DNA of 64,000 nucleotides from a bacterium (lineage in GTDB: Archaea > Thermoplasmatota > Thermoplasmata > Lutacidiplasmatales > UBA184), in contig DAIDCO010000003.1 of NCBI GenBank assembly GCA_027309555.1, forward strand, positions 6,737 through 70,736, given 5' to 3'. The translations under genes were made by a program, and so were the position numbers. The notes below the pieces were generated by a model that saw only the letters and a list, made by a program, of their open reading frames with translations, did not search any database and was not told where the DNA came from. How positions within the stretch are numbered: position 1 is the stretch's first letter; every line of letters starts with the position of its first letter. Below are positions 59,388 through 64,000 of this stretch, one piece after another.

Positions 59388-60496
59388 GCGATTGGGTCCC
59401 GCCCCTCGCCCACATGATCCTCGACGACCGGGTCGACCGTGGAGTGTCTCCGACGAGGGCGCTGGAGCGAGCCGAACACTACCGGCGCTGGCTCGAGACA
59501 CTACCCTCCGCGCACGACCGGCTGACCTGTCCGGAGGAGGCGAAGATCCGCCTCTGGCCCGGGAGCCTCTGCTTCCACAAGGGACAGGCGACCGTGGTGG
59601 TGGGAAGCCAGGGGAAGGGAAAGACGAACCTCCTCGCCTTCCTCATCGAGCGGGCGATCCGGCACCGGCCGGAGTGGGAGATCTACAGCAACATCCCGTT
59701 CCCCTGGGACGAGGAACTGGCGGGCATCGTTCCTCCTCCGCCGCGTCTCCACTCGATCTCGACGATGTCGGAGCTGCTCCGGGGCATCGCGCAGACCGTC
59801 CTCGCGGGCCGGGAGCCGGCGGTCGTCATTGACGAGATGGACCAGGTGGCGACGAGCCACGAGTGGATGACGGAGCGGAGCGAGTCGTGGACGAAGTTCC
59901 TGTTCGTGGAGCGGCACCTGAGGGTCTGGGGGCCGATCCTCGCCTACCATGTCCGGGAGCACGTGCCGCTGCCGCTCCGGGCGAACGCCGCCCTGCGCGG
60001 AAGCTACCTGAGGGTCATCGTTCGGCACGGGAAGCACCAGTTCGTCCGGGCAGAGGACCCGACGTATTTCGGAGGCATCTGGGAGAGCGTGCTGCCGTTC
60101 CTGACGCTCGGGCTGCGGGGGTTCGAGATCGACGTCGACATGCGGGAACTGCAGACGGTGGCGCGGGGAAGCCACCGGAGGGTCGCGGAACTCACCCTGC
60201 AGTACCTCGACGACCTCGACGGGCGCCGGAAGGAGGAAGAAACCACCCGTCGCGACGTGCCCCGGAAGTCGGACCTGCCTTCCCCCGAGGTCGCTCATGC
60301 CCTGGTCGAAGCGGAGGTCATCCGTCGTCTCGAGAGCGGGGCTACTCACCGGCAGATCGTCGAAGCGACCGGCCTCTCGAAGTACATGGTCGCGGGCGTC
60401 TCCGTCCGATGGAGGGCGTCGCGCCTGCGGCAGCAGGGGCCGGCTCCCGATTCCCCCGGGGGCGCCCGGTGCCCGGTGCCCGGGAGCCCCCCTTGA
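59384..60496 (+). CDS. P-loop NTPase with C-terminal HTH-like domain
   Basis: Walker A VVVGSQGKGKTNLL, Walker B AVVIDEMDQ, C-terminal THRQIVEATGLSKYMVAG. Confidence 0.6.
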   Translation: MSDWVPPLAHMILDDRVDRGVSPTRALERAEHYRRWLETLPSAHDRLTCPEEAKIRLWPGSLCFHKGQATVVVGSQGKGKTNLLAFLIERAIRHRPEWEIYSNIPFPWDEELAGIVPPPPRLHSISTMSELLRGIAQTVLAGREPAVVIDEMDQVATSHEWMTERSESWTKFLFVERHLRVWGPILAYHVREHVPLPLRANAALRGSYLRVIVRHGKHQFVRAEDPTYFGGIWESVLPFLTLGLRGFEIDVDMRELQTVARGSHRRVAELTLQYLDDLDGRRKEEETTRRDVPRKSDLPSPEVAHALVEAEVIRRLESGATHRQIVEATGLSKYMVAGVSVRWRASRLRQQGPAPDSPGGARCPVPGSPP

Positions 60497-60577
60497 CGCT
60501 CTCTCTAGGACGCGCGCGCGCGAGGGGAGGAATCGTTCCGGTTCTTCCGGGAAGGAGTCCGGTCCGGGGAGGCCGTC

Positions 60578-61261
60578 ATGTCGATTGACTGGGGCGGAGT
60601 GGCGGGGAGCTTCCTTACCGCCTTCGTTCTGGTCGTCCCCTTCGTCGTCACCCTGCGGCCCCGTGCGCTGAGTCTGGCCGGAGGAGCGACCTTCGTCGCC
60701 CTCGCCGCCCTCCTGGTGGAGGTCCTGGTCCAGAACGCCCTCCAGCCACTCTACGCTGCCGCGGTCGTCCTCGTCTTCGTGGCGCCGCTGACCGAGGAGT
60801 TGCTCAAGTTCCTCGACTCGGGTCTCACCGGGGCGAACTACGCCTCCGCTGCCGGGGCGGGGATCGGCTTCGCCGCCACCGAGAACGCCCTCTACTTCCT
60901 CGTCGCGTGGGGGGAGCCCCTCTCCTACCTCGTGGCCCTGATCGCCATCCGAACGGTCACGGACCCGCTGCTCCACGTAACGGCGACGACGCTCACCACC
61001 CTCTCCTGGCACGGCCGGCCCTGGGGCCTACCGGCCGGCATCGCCCTCCATGCCCTCTGGAACACGGTGGCACTGATCGAGGTCTACATCGACCCGACCG
61101 TCGGCCTCCTCCTGCTGGGCGCGGCCGGGTTCGCGGTTCTCGGGATCCTCCTCCTGCTGCGGCGCAACCCGGAAGTCCGGGAAACGCTGACCGACCGCTG
61201 GAGGATGAACCCGTGGTCGGGGTCGCTGCTCCCGGCGGGAGCGGCCGGAGAAGCAACATGA
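60578..61261 (+). CDS. CPBP-family (CAAX/Abi-like) intramembrane protease-like protein
   Basis: 6 or more TM helices, EELLKF (EExxx[RK]-like) and HALWN (HxxxN) motifs. Confidence 0.4.
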   Translation: MSIDWGGVAGSFLTAFVLVVPFVVTLRPRALSLAGGATFVALAALLVEVLVQNALQPLYAAAVVLVFVAPLTEELLKFLDSGLTGANYASAAGAGIGFAATENALYFLVAWGEPLSYLVALIAIRTVTDPLLHVTATTLTTLSWHGRPWGLPAGIALHALWNTVALIEVYIDPTVGLLLLGAAGFAVLGILLLLRRNPEVRETLTDRWRMNPWSGSLLPAGAAGEAT

Positions 61262-61632
61262 CCGAGGAGAGGTGGTCGGGCCACGTGGGGCACCTCGAGG
61301 AGGGCGGGCTGCACGGCTGGTGCGCGAGTTGCCCTCCCGAGGAACGACACCGGGCGATCGAGCGGACGGTCCGGGCCGATGGCTACGCGACCGCGACGCG
61401 CCGGCTGAACTTCCTCGCGAACGTGGCGAACCGACACGACAACGAGCACCTGCACCGCGTCGCCCGGGAAGACCGCGAGTGGACCGAGGACCGGGAGAAG
61501 GAGGAGCGCGAGAACGAGGACCGGCGTCGGGAGCCGGGGGAGTTCCACCGCGTCGAGGGATACCGCAAGGCGGTCGGCGACCGGGTTCGACCCCACGTCG
61601 CCCGGAACCCGCGACGGAGGAGGCAACCTTGA
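61258..61632 (+). CDS. small protein, paralog A, with Arg-rich C-terminal motif
   Basis: ATGA overlap with the upstream gene. WCASCPPEERH near the N-terminus. C-terminus GEFHRVEGYRKAVGDRVRPHVARNPRRRRQP. Confidence 0.45.
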   Translation: MTEERWSGHVGHLEEGGLHGWCASCPPEERHRAIERTVRADGYATATRRLNFLANVANRHDNEHLHRVAREDREWTEDREKEERENEDRRREPGEFHRVEGYRKAVGDRVRPHVARNPRRRRQP

Positions 61633-61982
61633 CCGAGGAGGAATACGTGGTCACGGCCCGGACTCCCAGTATGAGTGCCCCGGGCTTCTACGTCTTCCAC
61701 TCGAAGAAGGTGGCCGAGCACTGGGCGGCGTCCATTCGGAGAGGAGGGGGCGAGGCCAGAGTCCGCCCGAAGTCGCCGGAGTATTCGGTCGAGGCCGGGA
61801 ACCGCCCGGACTACGACGCGGTCCGGACGGAGGGGTCGAGAGCGAAGGAAGAGGACGAAGTTCCCGAGGAGGAGGACCGACCCAAGAGGAGCGGCGAGTT
61901 CCATCGGGTCGATGGCTACCGCAAGGAAGACGGAGCCCAAGTCCGGGCGCACCTCGCGAGGAACCCGCGGAGGCGGAGGTGA
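61629..61982 (+). CDS. small protein, paralog B, with the same Arg-rich C-terminal motif
   Basis: TTG start overlapping the upstream stop (TTGA). C-terminus GEFHRVDGYRKEDGAQVRAHLARNPRRRR. Confidence 0.4.
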   Translation: MTEEEYVVTARTPSMSAPGFYVFHSKKVAEHWAASIRRGGGEARVRPKSPEYSVEAGNRPDYDAVRTEGSRAKEEDEVPEEEDRPKRSGEFHRVDGYRKEDGAQVRAHLARNPRRRR

Positions 61983-62248
61983 AGCGCGGTGCCACTCCGG
62001 TCTGGGCCTTCGTGGTCGGAGCGCTATTCGTTCTGGCCGGCTTGTGGGCCCTCCTCAACGGGATCGCGTGCGCGGCCCTCCTGAACTCGGTTGGGCCATC
62101 GATACCCTCCGGTCCCTCTCAGTTCTGCGGGACCTACGAGTGGGGCGGAGCGCTGCTGCTAATGCTCGGCATCGCCCTGCCGATCGGCGTGGCACTGGCA
62201 TCCCGTCACGGACGCGGGGCTTCGGGACGGGCGATCCGGAGCCGATGA
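61979..62248 (+). CDS. small membrane protein
   Basis: GTGA overlap. Two TM helices with a Cys pair. Confidence 0.4.
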   Translation: MKRGATPVWAFVVGALFVLAGLWALLNGIACAALLNSVGPSIPSGPSQFCGTYEWGGALLLMLGIALPIGVALASRHGRGASGRAIRSR

Positions 62249-62514
62249 CCGAGCGTCGAGCGTCGAGCGCCGACCGACTCACAGGGTTCTGGGACCCGTG
62301 TGGACCTATTGCGAGCGGCCTGCGGCCTGCCGAGTCGGACTTCGAGGCGGCCATCCTGGGCGCCCTCACCGATAGTGTCCCCCCCCGAGAGGCGCTGGCG
62401 TGGGTTGCCCGGTGGCAGACCCGGCGGGGAGGGCATGAGCGGCGGGGTTCGGCTCGAAGGCGATCGGGCACTCATCCGAAGGCACAGCGGCCGTTGAAGG
62501 AGGGCAGACGATGA
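62245..62514 (+). CDS. small hypothetical protein
   Basis: ATGA overlaps at both ends. 89 aa. Confidence 0.35.
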   Translation: MTERRASSADRLTGFWDPCGPIASGLRPAESDFEAAILGALTDSVPPREALAWVARWQTRRGGHERRGSARRRSGTHPKAQRPLKEGRR

Positions 62515-63212
62515 CCGGTGGGACCACGGCGCTCTACGTGCGAGTGAGTTCCGAGGAGCAAGACCTAGTCGGACAGGAACGAGAGTTGCGCGGTTACGCC
62601 GAGGCCAGGAACTGGACGGTCGTCGGCAGCTACGCCGAGAAGGTCACGGGGACCGGGAAGGTCGAGCGGAAGGCGTACGAACGTCTCCTGCGGGACGCGG
62701 GGGAACGGAAGTTCGATCACCTGGTGGTCTGGGCGCTGGACCGGTTCAGTCGAGAGGAGACGTTCACGAAGGCCACGCAAGCGATCCTCGACCTGGAGGG
62801 GCTCGGTATCCGGTTTCACTCGCTCAAGGAACCGATGTTGGACACCCCCGAGGACGGCCGGCCGAACCTCGGAAGAGACGTGCTGCTTGCACTGCTTCCG
62901 GTCATTGCGAGCTTCGAGTCGAAGCGTCGGTCGGAACGGGTCCGTGTGGCGATGCGGGAGATCAAGGAGGGACGACGGCGGACGCGTAGCGGGCGTCCGC
63001 CGGGTCGGCCCGTCCGGGCGACGCCCGAGAAGGTGTCGGCGATCGTTCGCCTGAAGGCCCAAGGGCTGACGTGGAGGGTCATCGCCCAACGAGTCGGGCT
63101 GCCGAGGGGGACCTGTGCCAACGTCGCTTCCCGGGTGCGCCGGGGGCTATTAGAAAACTCTCTCGATACGAAAGGGTCGGATCGGCCTTCGACGGACCCG
63201 GTCCCTACGTAA
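62511..63212 (+). CDS. serine recombinase (resolvase/invertase family)
   Basis: ALYVRVSSEEQ, LDRFSRE motif. Paralog of the recombinase at 1200..1907. Confidence 0.8.
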   Translation: MTGGTTALYVRVSSEEQDLVGQERELRGYAEARNWTVVGSYAEKVTGTGKVERKAYERLLRDAGERKFDHLVVWALDRFSREETFTKATQAILDLEGLGIRFHSLKEPMLDTPEDGRPNLGRDVLLALLPVIASFESKRRSERVRVAMREIKEGRRRTRSGRPPGRPVRATPEKVSAIVRLKAQGLTWRVIAQRVGLPRGTCANVASRVRRGLLENSLDTKGSDRPSTDPVPT

Positions 63213-63536
63213 AGTGCCCGTTTCGGACCCCGTTCGTAAGAGCCTAATCAGCGGGCAGCTTTGTCGGGTGTCTCCAGAGGGGACTGACTGTCGATTCAAT
63301 TCTCCATCGTTCAGAGGGCCGGTCCTCTCAGTTCTTGAGGCCAGGGTCCGGATCGATGAGCAGCCCGCGAGTCGGTGTAGCCGCGAGCGAGTCTTTCGAC
63401 TTACGGCCACAGACTTGATTCCGTTAGCCTGGAGCCTCTCCAAACGGGTTAGCTCTTAACCACGGCTTTGAAACCATCCACCCTGGGAAGTCCGAAATAC
63501 GCGAGTCGCGTGCCGGGAAGCGAGGATCAGCACACA

Positions 63537-64000
63537 TGGCTTCTCACAGGCAGGCCTGGCGCCAAGGATTGAGGGTTGGGTGGATCATAGGTTTGATAGT
63601 CATCCTGGTGGGGACAGGCCTTGCATCGGTTACCGCCCCAGCAGCGGCGAATTCGACGGCGCCTACCGTCCATGTAGACACTTCGAACCAGGCCCTGACG
63701 ACCCTCCCGCTTCTACCACCTCAAGGAGTTTCGGCTCCATCGATTGGCACGAACGGCGAACCGCCTGCCGCCTCAGGAGGGGGCGACGAGTGGGTAAACG
63801 CGTGGACTGACCAAAACGCTCAATCCGGGTTCGACGGACTTCGCGGAACAGTGGACGCGATTAGTCCGGCCATTCCCTGCCCAGGTTCGGGCCACATCGA
63901 TTACGACTGGGCCGGCGTAGAGGCCCGTACCTCGGCGAACGATGTGGTCGACATGGGCTTCTTCGTCCAAGAGAGCGCGCTTTCTTTCGGGGTCTGTGGA
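63537..64000 (+). CDS. secreted protein, 5' partial (runs off window end)
   Basis: ATG at 63537, N-terminal TM/signal (WIIGLIVILVGTGLASVTAPAAA), and an open frame to the window end. Not in the ORF track because no stop falls inside the window. Confidence 0.4.

Noticed and set aside
59501-61012. 503-aa minus-strand ORF
   Set aside because: Antisense shadow of the ATPase/CPBP genes.
1-64000. CRISPR arrays, rRNA genes
   Set aside because: No regularly spaced direct repeats and no rRNA-like conserved stretches were seen anywhere in the window.
1-64000. Haloarchaeal origin (high GC)
   Set aside because: Proteins are Arg-rich and Lys-poor, as GC content alone would predict. They do not show the Asp/Glu excess of halophile proteomes.

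Overview
This 64-kb window has about 68% GC and is almost certainly from an archaeon. It carries the archaeal DKFP-type shikimate pathway genes (aroA' ADH synthase, aroB' DHQ synthase II), a GHMP-type archaeal shikimate kinase, and a tRNA-Ile(GAU) with no encoded CCA. The proteome is Arg-rich and Lys-poor rather than strongly acidic, so a haloarchaeon is unlikely; it looks like an uncultivated high-GC euryarchaeon, plausibly Thermoplasmatota-like.

Core content, all on the minus strand from about 19.2 kb down to 6.0 kb: one aromatic amino-acid super-operon, aroA'-aroB'-aroD/E(fused)-aroK(arch)-aroA-aroC-asd-lysC-trpE-trpG-trpD-trpC-trpF, with many 4-nt start/stop overlaps. Next come a TenA/PqqC-like protein, a family III CoA-transferase with an acyl-CoA dehydrogenase, and a glyoxylate-shunt pair aceB-aceA. 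After those are two large polytopic membrane proteins, one with a NapH-like Cys-cluster tail, then DUF1015, an acetoacetate-decarboxylase-like protein, an HxlR regulator, and tRNA-Ile.

Downstream of the tRNA the region is accessory:
- a decayed PQQ beta-propeller gene with in-frame TAA and TAG stops
- two divergent glycosylation-sequon-rich YVTN/Kelch surface proteins
- a tyrosine integrase, then a RecT-like/Zn-ribbon/RHH module
- a lower-GC block with a TcmP / Gp37-Gp68 (DUF5131) pair, an MmeI-like type IIG restriction-modification enzyme and a NYN/OST-HTH nuclease
- a roughly 12-kb co-directional, translationally coupled operon (51.2-63.2 kb) of secreted and membrane proteins plus a P-loop ATPase-HTH and a CPBP-like protease
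- tandem small paralogs with an Arg-rich tail, ending in a serine recombinase

A paralogous serine recombinase module also sits at the left edge (1.2 kb). No CRISPR array or rRNA was seen. Many very long ORFs in the track are antisense or shadow-frame artefacts of the high GC content and were not called. All functional assignments come from motif recognition by eye, with no database search, and coordinates are good to about a codon.
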